A DNA stretch of 64,000 nucleotides, taken from contig NZ_CP114978.1 in the NCBI RefSeq assembly GCF_027498035.1, positions 4,015,957 to 4,079,956 of the forward strand. The letters run 5' to 3'. Of this stretch, positions 32,852 to 42,283 are shown one piece after another. The first letter of the stretch is position 1; every line of letters begins with the position of its first letter. The DNA is from Pseudoxanthomonas sp. Lineage in GTDB: Bacteria; Pseudomonadota; Gammaproteobacteria; Xanthomonadales; Xanthomonadaceae. A program made the translations under genes and the position numbers. The notes under the pieces are model-generated. The model saw only the letters and a list, made by a program, of their open reading frames with translations, was not told where the DNA came from and made no database searches.

Positions 32852-33813
32852 GTGCGCCCCAGCGGCAGCAGGGCCAGGGCGCGCAGGCACTGGTGGCGGT
32901 GTGCGGGGCCCAACGCCGGGCCGATCGGCGGCTGGCCCGGCAGGCGCAGGCGATAGCGGCGTGCCTGGCGTTCGGCCAACTCCACCCAATGGGTTAGCCG
33001 GCGGATACGGGCTTCGTGGGTCAGGGGCGCCAGCAGGGTCCAGTCGAGGGTGACTTCGACGCCGACCGGTTGTTCGTATTCGCGCACCAGCAGTACGTCG
33101 CGCCGCGCGCTCGGCTTCCAGGCGATGGTGTGCTGCGGATCGCCCGGACGATAGGCGCGCAGATGGTGGAGCTCTTCGCCGGCCGCATCGACGCGGGTCT
33201 GGCGAGCGGTGCCGGCTGGCTCGGGCAGCGCGGGGCCATCGGCTTCGACGGCGGGATAGACCAGCAGCGGCGTGGCCGGCCACACCCACGACCAGGCCAG
33301 CGCGACGCCGAGGGGTTGGGTCGTGGACAGGCGGATGCGCTCGGGCTGCAGCCAGCCGCGGGCCTTGGTGGGATATGCCACTTCGGCCGTGACCGCCGGG
33401 CCGTTCAACGCGGGTATCAGCGCATCCTGCTGGCCGGCGCGCAGGCGCAGGCCGATGCGTGGCCGGCGGTCGTTGCTGGCGAAGGCGAGCTGCAGCAGCA
33501 GCGGTGTTCCTGCATGGACGGGTTCGGCGCCGATGGATTCGACACGCAATCCGGACAACTGCAGATGCGCGGCCATCAGGCTGGCCATGAAGGTCGCCGC
33601 CAGCAGCAGCGCCAGCAGCAGTGCCGGGTTGTTGTTGTAGTTCAGCGCGCCCAGCAACATCGTGCCGACCAGTCCGCCGGCGAACAGGCCGAACGCGGTG
33701 GGCAGCACATAGACCCGGCGCCGGTCGAGCGTGACCGGCAGTGCTTCGGAGGTACGCGGACGCGCCAGCAGCGCCAGGCGTGCACGCAGCCGCTGCGCGG
33801 TGCCCGCTGCCAT
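32848..33813 (-). CDS. DUF58 domain protein
   Basis: LRAYRPGD, IAWKPSAR, VREYE. Confidence 0.88.
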   Translation of the reverse strand: MAAGTAQRLRARLALLARPRTSEALPVTLDRRRVYVLPTAFGLFAGGLVGTMLLGALNYNNNPALLLALLLAATFMASLMAAHLQLSGLRVESIGAEPVHAGTPLLLQLAFASNDRRPRIGLRLRAGQQDALIPALNGPAVTAEVAYPTKARGWLQPERIRLSTTQPLGVALAWSWVWPATPLLVYPAVEADGPALPEPAGTARQTRVDAAGEELHHLRAYRPGDPQHTIAWKPSARRDVLLVREYEQPVGVEVTLDWTLLAPLTHEARIRRLTHWVELAERQARRYRLRLPGQPPIGPALGPAHRHQCLRALALLPLGRT

Positions 33814-33816
33814 CGC

Positions 33817-34770
33817 TCAGTCCACCGCCACCGCATGCAGGATGGCGTGGGACAGCTCGGTGGCCGAGCTGCCTTCCGAATCCGGCACCAGCCGGTGCGA
33901 GGCCACCGCCGGGAACAGGGTCTGCACGTCTTCGGGCAGGACGTGGTCGCGCCCCAGCAGCAGTGCGTGCGCGCGTGCGCCCTTCAGCAGTGCCAGGCCG
34001 GCACGCGGCGACAGGCCCACGCGCACGCCCGGATGCTGGCGGCTGCGGGTGAGCAGGGCCTGCACGTAATCGATCAGGGCCTCGCTGGCATGCACCTGCG
34101 CGACCGCTGCGCGCAGCCCCAGGATCTCCTGGATGCCGAGCAGCGGCTCCGCCTGTGCGATCAGTTCGCGACGATCGCTGCCTGCGAGCAGGGCGCGTTC
34201 GTCCTTGCGGTCCGGATAGCCCAGCCCCATGCGCAGCAGGAAGCGGTCCAGTTGCGAATCGGGCAGGGGATAGGTGCCCGACAGGTCCACCGGATTCTGC
34301 GTGGCGATCACGAAGAACGGTTCGGCCAACAAGTGCGTGGTGCCATCCAGGGTGACCTGGTGTTCGGCCATGGCTTCGAGCAATGCGCTCTGCGTGCGTG
34401 GTGGCGCGCGGTTGATTTCATCGGCCAACAGCACGTTGGTGAACACCGGGCCGGGGTGGAACTGGAACCGCCTGGCCTGCGCGTCGTAGATCGACACGCC
34501 GAGTACATCGCCGGGCAACAGATCCGAGGTGAACTGTACACGCTGGAAGCCCAGTCCCAGCGTTGCCGCCAGGGCATGGGCCAGGGTCGTCTTGCCCAGG
34601 CCGGGCAGGTCTTCGATGAGCAGATGGCCATCGGCCAGCAAGGCGACGAAAGCCAGGCGCACCTGCAGGGGTTTCCCCAGCACCAGTCCGTTTACCTGCG
34701 CTTGTGCCTGCTGCAATGCCTTGGACAAGTCATCGGTTAGCATCTTGGTTGCTGCGGAACTGACCTGCAT
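33817..34770 (-). CDS. MoxR-family AAA+ ATPase
   Basis: EDLPGLGKT, FTSDLLP, DEINRAPPRTQSALLEAM, ATQNP; start may be 34743. Confidence 0.93.
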   Translation of the reverse strand: MQVSSAATKMLTDDLSKALQQAQAQVNGLVLGKPLQVRLAFVALLADGHLLIEDLPGLGKTTLAHALAATLGLGFQRVQFTSDLLPGDVLGVSIYDAQARRFQFHPGPVFTNVLLADEINRAPPRTQSALLEAMAEHQVTLDGTTHLLAEPFFVIATQNPVDLSGTYPLPDSQLDRFLLRMGLGYPDRKDERALLAGSDRRELIAQAEPLLGIQEILGLRAAVAQVHASEALIDYVQALLTRSRQHPGVRVGLSPRAGLALLKGARAHALLLGRDHVLPEDVQTLFPAVASHRLVPDSEGSSATELSHAILHAVAVD

Positions 34771-34813
34771 TTGACTTCCGGTTTCGCTGATCCCAATCGA
34801 GTGTAGCGACAAT

Positions 34814-36694
34814 ATGAATGAAGAGGCGCGGGCTCAGCGCACGTTCCTGATGCTGTGGGTGTGCCTGACCGTGATCAAGATCCTGATCGCGGCGCAGCTG
34901 CCGTTGTTCGTCGATGAGGCGTTCTATTGGCAGGAAGGTCGCCACCTTGCGGCCGCGTATTCGGACCTGCCCGGATTGACTGCATGGATGACGCGACTGG
35001 GCACGGCCATCGGCGGCCAGCACGTGCTGGCCATCCGCATGCCATTCCTGCTGCTGTCCGCGCTGTTGCCGTGGTTCCTGGCAGGGATTGGTTCGCGCTG
35101 GTTCGGTGCAGTGGCAGGCTGGCGTGCCGGCATGCTGGTATTGCTGATGCCCTTGTCCGGAAGCCTGGGGATCATGGCGGTGCCGGACGTGCCGATGGCT
35201 TTTGCCACGGTGCTGTGCCTGGATGCCGGTGCGCGCCTGTTGCGCGAGATCGATGCTGCGGCGGCTGCAGAGCTGGCACTGGGCCTGGTGATCGGTGCAT
35301 TGAGTCATTACCGGTTTGTCGGCGTGATCGGCGTCGGCTTCATCGCACTGCTGCTGATCCCGGAAGGTCGCCGGATGCTGCGCGACGTGCGCGTGTGGGT
35401 TGCCCTGGCGCTGGGTGTCGCGGCGTGGGCACCCCTGATCGCCTGGAACATCGAGAATGCTGATGCAGGCCTGCGTTTCCAGCTGGTCGATCGCCATCCA
35501 TGGACCTTCCAGTGGACCGGGCTGCTGTTCCTGGTGATCCAGGCCGCGCTGGTCACGCCGCTGTTGTTCTACGCCTTGCTGCAGGTCCTGAAGCGTTCCT
35601 TCGGCGACGCGGGCGACATGCCATCGCAGTGGCGGTATTTCGGCTTGCTGGGCGGGTTGTCGACGATCGGGTTCTTCGTGCTGGGCTTCTTCGCCGATGT
35701 CGAGCGTGTCAGTTTCCACTGGCCATTGCCGGGCTATCTGCCGCTGCTGTTGGCCGTGCCCGCGTTGTTGCGCCGCTGGCCGGTGATGTTGCGGCGGGCG
35801 ACCTGGGCGATGTGTGGTGCGGGGCTGGCGGTGGTGCTGGGTTATTACCTGGTGGCCTCGGTGCCACGCTGGCGTGCGGACCTGGCCTCCAGCAAGTTCT
35901 ATCCCTACAACTTCGCCGGCTGGGACGTGCTGGCCCAGGCGGTACGCGAAGAACTGGCGCGTCATCCGGGGCAGACCGGCCTGCTCGCCGATAACTTCAA
36001 GGTCGGTTCCGAGCTGGGTTTCGCCTTGGGTGATGACGCGATCCCGGTCCTGGATCACCCGCTCAACATCAAGCACGGGCGCGCGCCGCAATTGCGCCTG
36101 TGGAACCTGCAAAGTGACGGCACCAGTCCGACCGCACAGCTGCTGGTCGTTGGTGCCAGCGAGGTGCAGTACAAGGGCTTGCTGGCGCAGTACCACGCGC
36201 TGTGCGCGCGGGTCGGTCCACTGCCGGCGCCGCGCGTGATCAATGTCGACCATGGCCGCCAGCGCTTCCTGTTGTTCTATCTGCCCAGGGCGGCCGGGGC
36301 AGCTGCAAGCGCGAAGTCGGACTCGCCCAAGACCGCTGCCTGCATCGCACCGGCGATGGCATGGATCGATGTCCCGATCGACGGCGCCACGGTGCCCGGT
36401 CGGTTCGAGGTCAGCGGCTGGGCGTTCAAGGATGGCATGGGCTTGAAAGCAGTGGATGTGCTGATCGATGGGCATGTCGTCGCCAGCGCCGACTACGGTC
36501 TACCCGATCCGGGCGTGGCCCAGTACTGGAAGATCTCCAACGACCCGAATCATCCCAAGGTCGGTTTCCGCGCGCAGATCGACGCACGCAAGTTCAGCTC
36601 GGGCCGGCACTGGCTGGGCCTGCGCCTGCATGCCGCCGATGGCAGCATCGAGGATTGGTCCGAGCAGCCGATCGACCTGTCACGGCACGAGTGA
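34814..36694 (+). CDS. GT39/ArnT-like integral membrane glycosyltransferase with periplasmic C-terminal domain
   Basis: DEAFYW motif, SDLPG, about 11 hydrophobic segments, beta-rich C-terminus. Confidence 0.78.
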   Translation: MNEEARAQRTFLMLWVCLTVIKILIAAQLPLFVDEAFYWQEGRHLAAAYSDLPGLTAWMTRLGTAIGGQHVLAIRMPFLLLSALLPWFLAGIGSRWFGAVAGWRAGMLVLLMPLSGSLGIMAVPDVPMAFATVLCLDAGARLLREIDAAAAAELALGLVIGALSHYRFVGVIGVGFIALLLIPEGRRMLRDVRVWVALALGVAAWAPLIAWNIENADAGLRFQLVDRHPWTFQWTGLLFLVIQAALVTPLLFYALLQVLKRSFGDAGDMPSQWRYFGLLGGLSTIGFFVLGFFADVERVSFHWPLPGYLPLLLAVPALLRRWPVMLRRATWAMCGAGLAVVLGYYLVASVPRWRADLASSKFYPYNFAGWDVLAQAVREELARHPGQTGLLADNFKVGSELGFALGDDAIPVLDHPLNIKHGRAPQLRLWNLQSDGTSPTAQLLVVGASEVQYKGLLAQYHALCARVGPLPAPRVINVDHGRQRFLLFYLPRAAGAAASAKSDSPKTAACIAPAMAWIDVPIDGATVPGRFEVSGWAFKDGMGLKAVDVLIDGHVVASADYGLPDPGVAQYWKISNDPNHPKVGFRAQIDARKFSSGRHWLGLRLHAADGSIEDWSEQPIDLSRHE

Positions 36695-36695
36695 C

Positions 36696-37265
36696 TCAGG
36701 GCAGGCGGAAGCCTGCCTGGCGCAGCAGCGCGGCGGTGGCAATCAGTGGCAGGCCAATCAGGGCGGTCGGGTCGCGGGTGTCGATGGCTTCGAACAGTGC
36801 CACGCCCAGGCCCTCGCACTTGAAACTGCCGGCGCAGTCGAAGGGTTGTTCGGCATCGACGTACCGCGCGATCTCATCGTCGGTCAGGATTCGCAGCGTC
36901 ACTGTGGTCGTGTCCAGCGCAGTCAGGTCCCGGCCGTCGTGGCTGACGCAGACAGCGGTGTGGAACTGAACCTGGCGGCCTGACATGGCGCGCAGCTGGG
37001 CGATGGCGTTTTCCCGGTTGCCGGGCTTGCCCAGCGGCTGGCCATCCAGATCGGCGGCCTGGTCTGAGCCGATCACCCAGTGTCCCGGTGCCTGTTCAGC
37101 GATCGCCCGGGCCTTGGCGTGAGCCAGGCGCTGGGACAGTGCTGACGGGGCTTCGCCCTGGCCTGGCGTTTCATCCACGTCCGGGCGGGCGGTTTCGAAA
37201 GGCAGGCGCAGGCGTTCCAGCAGCTCGCGGCGGTACACTGAGGTGGAGGCAAGGATCAGCGACAT
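36696..37265 (-). CDS. maf: Maf-family nucleotide pyrophosphatase (YceF-like)
   Basis: LASTSVYR, IGSDQ, LGKPG, CAGSFKCE; next to yceD. Confidence 0.92.
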   Translation of the reverse strand: MSLILASTSVYRRELLERLRLPFETARPDVDETPGQGEAPSALSQRLAHAKARAIAEQAPGHWVIGSDQAADLDGQPLGKPGNRENAIAQLRAMSGRQVQFHTAVCVSHDGRDLTALDTTTVTLRILTDDEIARYVDAEQPFDCAGSFKCEGLGVALFEAIDTRDPTALIGLPLIATAALLRQAGFRLP

Positions 37266-37381
37266 GCGGGTCCAGGGGATGGGCGAGGGCGCGCAGTGTG
37301 GCGTTCCGGGGCGTCGGCCGGCAATCCGAGGGTATCGCCCATTTGACAGGTGCCCGGCACCTCTCTACCATTTTGCGGCTT

Positions 37382-37888
37382 ATGTCCGCGCACGTGCCCG
37401 AAATTCTAGATGCTTGGCGCATGGTCGCGGCACGGCGTAGCTTCGAAGGCAAGGTGCCGCTGGCGGCATTGCGCCGGCTGGATGGCTTGCTGACCGATGC
37501 CGAGGGTGAGGTGACGTTCGCGCTGCAGTTTGATCGCGATGCGCTGCAGGTGCCCTATGTGGAACTGAAGATCGATGCGGCGCTGCCGCTGGAATGCCAG
37601 CGCAGCCTGCAGCGGTTCCTGTTCCCGGTGTCGATGGTGCAGAAGCTCGGCCTAATCCGGGACGAGGCTGACGAAGCGGCCCTGCCGGAAGATGTCGAAG
37701 CGCTGCTGGTGCCCGAAGACGGCATGCTGCGGACGCTGGATCTGATTGAGGACGAACTGGTGCTGGCCGTGCCTGCAGTACCGATGAATCCGGATTTGCC
37801 TGCGGTGGAACTCGATGTTTCCCCGCAGCAGGAAGAACTGGCGCAGGCCAGCCCGTTCGCGGCGCTGGCTTCGCTCAAGAAGAACTGA
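37382..37888 (+). CDS. yceD: DUF177 / YceD ribosome-related protein
   Basis: LECQRSL, LIEDELVLAVP, PFAALASLK; upstream of rpmF. Confidence 0.9.
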   Translation: MSAHVPEILDAWRMVAARRSFEGKVPLAALRRLDGLLTDAEGEVTFALQFDRDALQVPYVELKIDAALPLECQRSLQRFLFPVSMVQKLGLIRDEADEAALPEDVEALLVPEDGMLRTLDLIEDELVLAVPAVPMNPDLPAVELDVSPQQEELAQASPFAALASLKKN

Positions 37889-37932
37889 TCGCCTGCTGGC
37901 GGTTGGAATAAAGACTCGTTTGGAGCAAGACC

Positions 37933-38127
37933 ATGGCAGTTCAGAAATCCCGCGTCACCCCGTCCCGTCGCGGCCAGCGCCGTTCGCACGACGCCCTCAC
38001 CGCCAAGCAGCTGTCGACCGACCCGACCACGGGCGAGACCCACATCCGTCACCACGTGACTGCTGACGGTTACTACCGCGGCAAGAAGGTCATCGCGACC
38101 AAGTCGTCGGCTGTCAGCGAAGAGTGA
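37933..38127 (+). CDS. rpmF: 50S ribosomal protein L32
   Basis: [22 protein letters not shown]. Confidence 0.96.
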   Translation: MAVQKSRVTPSRRGQRRSHDALTAKQLSTDPTTGETHIRHHVTADGYYRGKKVIATKSSAVSEE

Positions 38128-38203
38128 TTCCCGCGGCGCGCGGTGACGCGCGCCTGACGGTTTCATTTTTCAGGTCCGCTCCCCGGGCCGCGCAACGGGA
38201 ATC

Positions 38204-39202
38204 ATGATGAGCCAGCCGGTGACGAACGGTCGTATTTACTCGCGTATCGCAGGCACCGGCAGCTTCCTGCCGGAGAAGGTCCTGACCAACGACGACCTGT
38301 CCAAGATCGTCGAGACCAGCGACGAGTGGATCCGCAGCCGCACCGGCATCCGTGAGCGTCACATCGCGGCCGAAGGCGAGAACAGCAGCGACCTGGGTTA
38401 CCAGGCCGCGCTGCGCGCGCTCGAGGCGGCGGGTGTGGCGCCGTCGGACATCGACATGATCGTGGTCGGGACGACCACGCCCGACATCGTGTTTCCCTCC
38501 ACGGCCTGCCTGATCCAGGCGCGCCTGGGGGCCGAAGGCTGCATGGCGCTGGACGTCAACGCGGCCTGTTCGGGTTTCATCTACGCGTTGACGGTGGCGG
38601 ACAAATTCATCCGTACCGGTGACGCCAAAACCGTGCTGGTGGTCGGCGCCGAGACGCTGACCCGCATCACCGACTGGACCGACCGCACCACCTGCGTGCT
38701 GTTCGGCGACGGTGCTGGCGCGGTCGTGCTCAAGGCCGACAGCGAGACCGGCATCCTCAGCACCCATCTGCATGCCGACGGCAGCAAGAAGGAACTGCTG
38801 TGGAATCCGGTCGGCATCTCGGCGGGCTTCAACGCCGACGAGGTCAACAACGGCTCGCGCATCCTGATGAAGGGCAATGACGTGTTCAAGTACGCCGTCA
38901 AGGCGCTGGATTCGGTCGTTGACGAGGCCTTGAACGCCAACCAGCTCGACAAGAGCGACCTCAACTGGCTGGTCCCGCACCAAGCCAACCTGCGCATCAT
39001 CGAAGCCACGGCCAAGCGCCTGGACATGTCGATGGATCAGGTCGTGGTGACGGTGGATAAGCATGGCAACACCTCCTCCGCATCGGTGCCGCTGGCACTG
39101 GACGAAGCGGTGCGCGATGGCCGCATCCAGCGTGGCCAGCTGCTGTTGCTGGAAGCCTTTGGTGGTGGTTTCACCTGGGGCTCGGCGCTGATCCGCTACT
39201 GA
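38204..39202 (+). CDS. fabH: Beta-ketoacyl-ACP synthase III
   Basis: AACSGF, VPHQAN, GNTSSAS triad. Confidence 0.96.
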   Translation: MMSQPVTNGRIYSRIAGTGSFLPEKVLTNDDLSKIVETSDEWIRSRTGIRERHIAAEGENSSDLGYQAALRALEAAGVAPSDIDMIVVGTTTPDIVFPSTACLIQARLGAEGCMALDVNAACSGFIYALTVADKFIRTGDAKTVLVVGAETLTRITDWTDRTTCVLFGDGAGAVVLKADSETGILSTHLHADGSKKELLWNPVGISAGFNADEVNNGSRILMKGNDVFKYAVKALDSVVDEALNANQLDKSDLNWLVPHQANLRIIEATAKRLDMSMDQVVVTVDKHGNTSSASVPLALDEAVRDGRIQRGQLLLLEAFGGGFTWGSALIRY

Positions 39203-39223
39203 CGCCGCAACCGCGCCACAGGC

Positions 39224-39376
39224 TCAGCCGTGGCGCTTGAAGTACTGCACTTCCCTTTCATGCTGTTCCGCTGCGGCCCGCGTATCGAACGTGCCCAGAT
39301 TGCGGTGCTTGCCTGTGCGCCGGCTCTTCTTTTGCGAATACAGGCGGAACTGACCTGACGCGAGCTTGCGGATCAT
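39224..39376 (-). CDS. Small basic 50-aa protein (not in ORF track); AP2/integrase-arm-like motif
   Basis: GAGGA RBS then ATG: MIRKLASGQFRLYSQKKSRRTGKHRNLGTFDTRAAAEQHEREVQYFKRHG*. Confidence 0.82.
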   Translation of the reverse strand: MIRKLASGQFRLYSQKKSRRTGKHRNLGTFDTRAAAEQHEREVQYFKRHG

Positions 39377-39558
39377 GGCGGCGTCCTCGTTTTTTTTGGG
39401 GTCTGGCGATGAAACGACCTATCGCGTCAAGGCGGCGTCGGTCTGCGTGCCCAATCTCTTCATGTGTGCTTTCCGGTGTCTGCAGCGGACGCTGCGTTGC
39501 GGGCGGTGGCGCGCGTGTTTCATTTGCGTTAACGCGCGGCGTTTAACATGTTTCCGAC

Positions 39559-39574
39559 ATGACAGATCTGTCAT
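39559..39574. promoter_or_regulatory. Perfect 16-bp palindrome (candidate operator)
   Basis: ATGACAGA|TCTGTCAT, 21 bp upstream of the kinase-like ATG. Confidence 0.5.
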
Positions 39575-39595
39575 CGAGAGACGGAGTACGCCCCC

Positions 39596-40387
39596 ATGGT
39601 TGAACTGATCCAGATGGAAGGCCGCCAGGCCTGGCTCAAGCGTTACGGAGACGGCAGCAGCCGGGCCCTGTCGCTGGGTGCGTTGGATTTCATTGCCCAC
39701 CGCATGGGCATGGGGCCGCTACGGCCGCCGCCGCATCGGGTGGGCGTCGAAGCGCTCGACACCGAGGCGCGTCGCCTTGCCGAACTGGCTGCGCAGCGCG
39801 TGCACGTGCCGCAGGTGATCGGTCGCGGCAAGGACTCCCTGGTCCTCAGCGATAACGGCCGCTCGCTGGCTGGCTGGTTGCGTGATGCGCGCGACGAAGC
39901 CGAATGTGATCGTCTTGTGCGTAAGGCGTTGCAGGCGATTGCGCAGGCGCACGCCACCGGCGCGTATTTCGGTCAGCCATTGCCGCGCAACATGACCTTC
40001 GATGGCCAGCGCATCGGCTTCATCGACTTCGAGGAAGATCCGCTGGAAGTAATGGATCTGGCGCAGGCCCAGGCGCGCGATTGGCTGATGTTCGGCTATG
40101 GCGTGGCGCGCTACTACGAGCGGCGTCCAGCCGCATTGCAGGCGCTGATGCAGGAGGCGATGTCCGGCGAAGCGCGCGATGTCAATGCGCAGACGCACCA
40201 GGTCACAGGGCGTCTGCAGCGCCTGGCCGCGGTGTGCAATCGACTGGGACGCAAGGCGCGCCGGCTCTCGCACGCGGTGCTGGTGCTGCATTCTGCGACC
40301 ACGCTCAGCGTGCTGGTGATTGGCACGTTGGCGATCGACTGGTTCAGCGATGGCGATCTGGACGTGCTGCGTCTGCTGGTGGGTTGA
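39596..40387 (+). CDS. Atypical kinase-fold protein (Kdo/WaaP/InaA/Bud32-like), catalytic Asp replaced
   Basis: WLKRY (beta3 Lys), EARRL (alphaC Glu), VPQVI, H..GAYFGQPLPRN, GFIDFE. Confidence 0.7.
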   Translation: MVELIQMEGRQAWLKRYGDGSSRALSLGALDFIAHRMGMGPLRPPPHRVGVEALDTEARRLAELAAQRVHVPQVIGRGKDSLVLSDNGRSLAGWLRDARDEAECDRLVRKALQAIAQAHATGAYFGQPLPRNMTFDGQRIGFIDFEEDPLEVMDLAQAQARDWLMFGYGVARYYERRPAALQALMQEAMSGEARDVNAQTHQVTGRLQRLAAVCNRLGRKARRLSHAVLVLHSATTLSVLVIGTLAIDWFSDGDLDVLRLLVG

Positions 40388-40474
40388 GCGCGGCAATACG
40401 CCCCAGTACAGACGCACGGGCGGTTTCACCCGTATCATCGCCGCTCGTTTTTTCGCACCAGGGCGTTTTCGCGC

Positions 40475-41422
40475 GTGACAGATCCCACACTCGCCTTTGT
40501 ATTCCCCGGCCAAGGGTCGCAATCGCTGGGCATGCTGGCCGAACTGGCCGAGCTGCATCCGCAGGTCCGCGAGACGTTCAACGAGGCATCCGAAGGCGCA
40601 GGTGCCGACCTGTGGGCACTCTCGCAGGGCGGCCCCGAGGAAATGCTCAACCGCACCGAATACACCCAGCCCGCGCTGCTGGCCGCCGGCATCGCCGTGT
40701 GGCGCCTGTGGCAGCAGGAAGGTGGTCCGTCGCCTTCGCGCCTGTCCGGCCACAGCCTCGGTGAATACACCGCGCTGGTTGCCGCAGGTGCGCTGTCGCT
40801 GAAGGACGGTGCGCACCTGGTCCGCATCCGCGGCCAGTTGATGCAGGAAGCTGCGCCCGCCGGTGTTGGCGCGATGGCCGCCGTGCTGGGCGCCGAAGAT
40901 GCGCTGGTGGTCGAAGTTTGCGGGCAGGTCTCCGGCAGCAAGGTCGTCGTGCCTGCGAACTACAACTCGCCAGGCCAGATCGTGATTGGCGGCGACGCTG
41001 AAGCAGTCGATGCGGCCATTGCCGAACTCAATGCGCGCGGCGTGCGCAAGACCGTCAAGCTGGCGGTGAGCGTGCCTTCGCACACCCCGCTGATGCGCGA
41101 AGCCGCCAATCGCTTGGCCGAAACCATCAAGGGCCTGTCCTGGCACCTGCCGTCGTTGCCGGTGGTGCAGAACGTCGATGCCCAGGTGCACGGCAGCATC
41201 GACGCCATCGGCGAGGCGCTGGTGCGCCAACTCTATCTGCCGGTGCGCTGGACCGACTGCGTGCAGGCACTGGTTGCCGCTGGTGCAACGCGCGTGGCCG
41301 AATGCGGTCCGGGCAAGGTGTTGACCGGCCTGGTCAAGCGCATCGACAAATCCATCGACAGCCGCGCGCTGTCCACGCCCGCCGATTTCCAGGGCGCCCT
41401 CGAAACATGGAAAACCGCATGA
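40475..41422 (+). CDS. fabD: Malonyl-CoA:ACP transacylase
   Basis: FPGQGSQ, TQPA, GHSLGEY, SVPSH. Confidence 0.96.
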   Translation: MTDPTLAFVFPGQGSQSLGMLAELAELHPQVRETFNEASEGAGADLWALSQGGPEEMLNRTEYTQPALLAAGIAVWRLWQQEGGPSPSRLSGHSLGEYTALVAAGALSLKDGAHLVRIRGQLMQEAAPAGVGAMAAVLGAEDALVVEVCGQVSGSKVVVPANYNSPGQIVIGGDAEAVDAAIAELNARGVRKTVKLAVSVPSHTPLMREAANRLAETIKGLSWHLPSLPVVQNVDAQVHGSIDAIGEALVRQLYLPVRWTDCVQALVAAGATRVAECGPGKVLTGLVKRIDKSIDSRALSTPADFQGALETWKTA

Positions 41423-42168
41423 ACGCAGCCCTTCCCCTGGCCGGCGAAATCGCCCTGGTCACCGGCGCCAGCCGTGGCATCGGCGCGGCGATCGCCGACA
41501 CGCTGGCTGCGCAGGGCGCGACCGTCATCGGTACCGCCACCACCGATAACGGTGCGCAAGCCATCGCCCAGCGCATGGAGTCCGCCGGCGGCCACGGTCG
41601 CATGCTGGACGTGACCGATGCCGCGGCGGTTGATGCGCTGATCGATGCGATTACCAAGGAATTCGGGCCGGTCTCGATCCTGGTCAACAATGCCGGCATC
41701 ACCCGCGACAACCTGTTGATGCGGATGAAGGACGATGACTGGAATGCGATCATCGATACCAACCTGACCAGCGTGTTCCGCACTTCCAAGGCGGTGATGC
41801 GCGGCATGATGAAGGCGCGCAAGGGTCGCATCATCAACATTGCCTCGGTGGTCGGCGTCACCGGCAATCCGGGCCAGACCAACTACGCCGCGGCCAAGGC
41901 CGGCATCATTGCCTTCTCCAAGTCGCTGGCCAAGGAAATCGGTTCGCGCGGGGTCACGGTGAATGTCGTCGCCCCCGGTTTCATCGACACCGACATGACC
42001 AAGGCATTGCCGGAAGACGCCAAGGCTGCGCTGATCGGGCAGATTGCCCTGGGTCAGTTGGGCGAGCCGGCGGACATCGCCAATGCAGTGGCCTTCCTGG
42101 CTAGCCCGTCGGCCAAGTACATCACCGGCGAGACCCTACACGTCAACGGCGGCATGTACATGCCCTGA
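41419..42168 (+). CDS. fabG: 3-oxoacyl-ACP reductase
   Basis: [22 protein letters not shown]. Confidence 0.96.
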   Translation: MNAALPLAGEIALVTGASRGIGAAIADTLAAQGATVIGTATTDNGAQAIAQRMESAGGHGRMLDVTDAAAVDALIDAITKEFGPVSILVNNAGITRDNLLMRMKDDDWNAIIDTNLTSVFRTSKAVMRGMMKARKGRIINIASVVGVTGNPGQTNYAAAKAGIIAFSKSLAKEIGSRGVTVNVVAPGFIDTDMTKALPEDAKAALIGQIALGQLGEPADIANAVAFLASPSAKYITGETLHVNGGMYMP

Positions 42169-42283
42169 TGCAGAATTCGGCCCTAAGTGGCTGATTCAAC
42201 GGGTGTTGCGGGCCGATGCCCGCAGCGCCCGCTTTCCACTACACTATCCCGTGTTTACCCATCTCCGTCTGGAGCGAAAATCC

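Noticed and set aside
38128-38203. Absence of plsX between rpmF and fabH
   Set aside because: As far as I know this is the normal arrangement in Xanthomonadales, not a strain novelty
39419-39523. Arg/His-rich 34-aa minus-strand ORF (MKHARHRPQRSVRC...) upstream of the small protein
   Set aside because: No convincing RBS, no recognisable motif; probably non-coding promoter region
39527-39556. ECF-type promoter GGAAAC...CGTT on the minus strand for the small ORF
   Set aside because: Spacer is one base short of the usual AAC-N16/17-CGT; too weak to call
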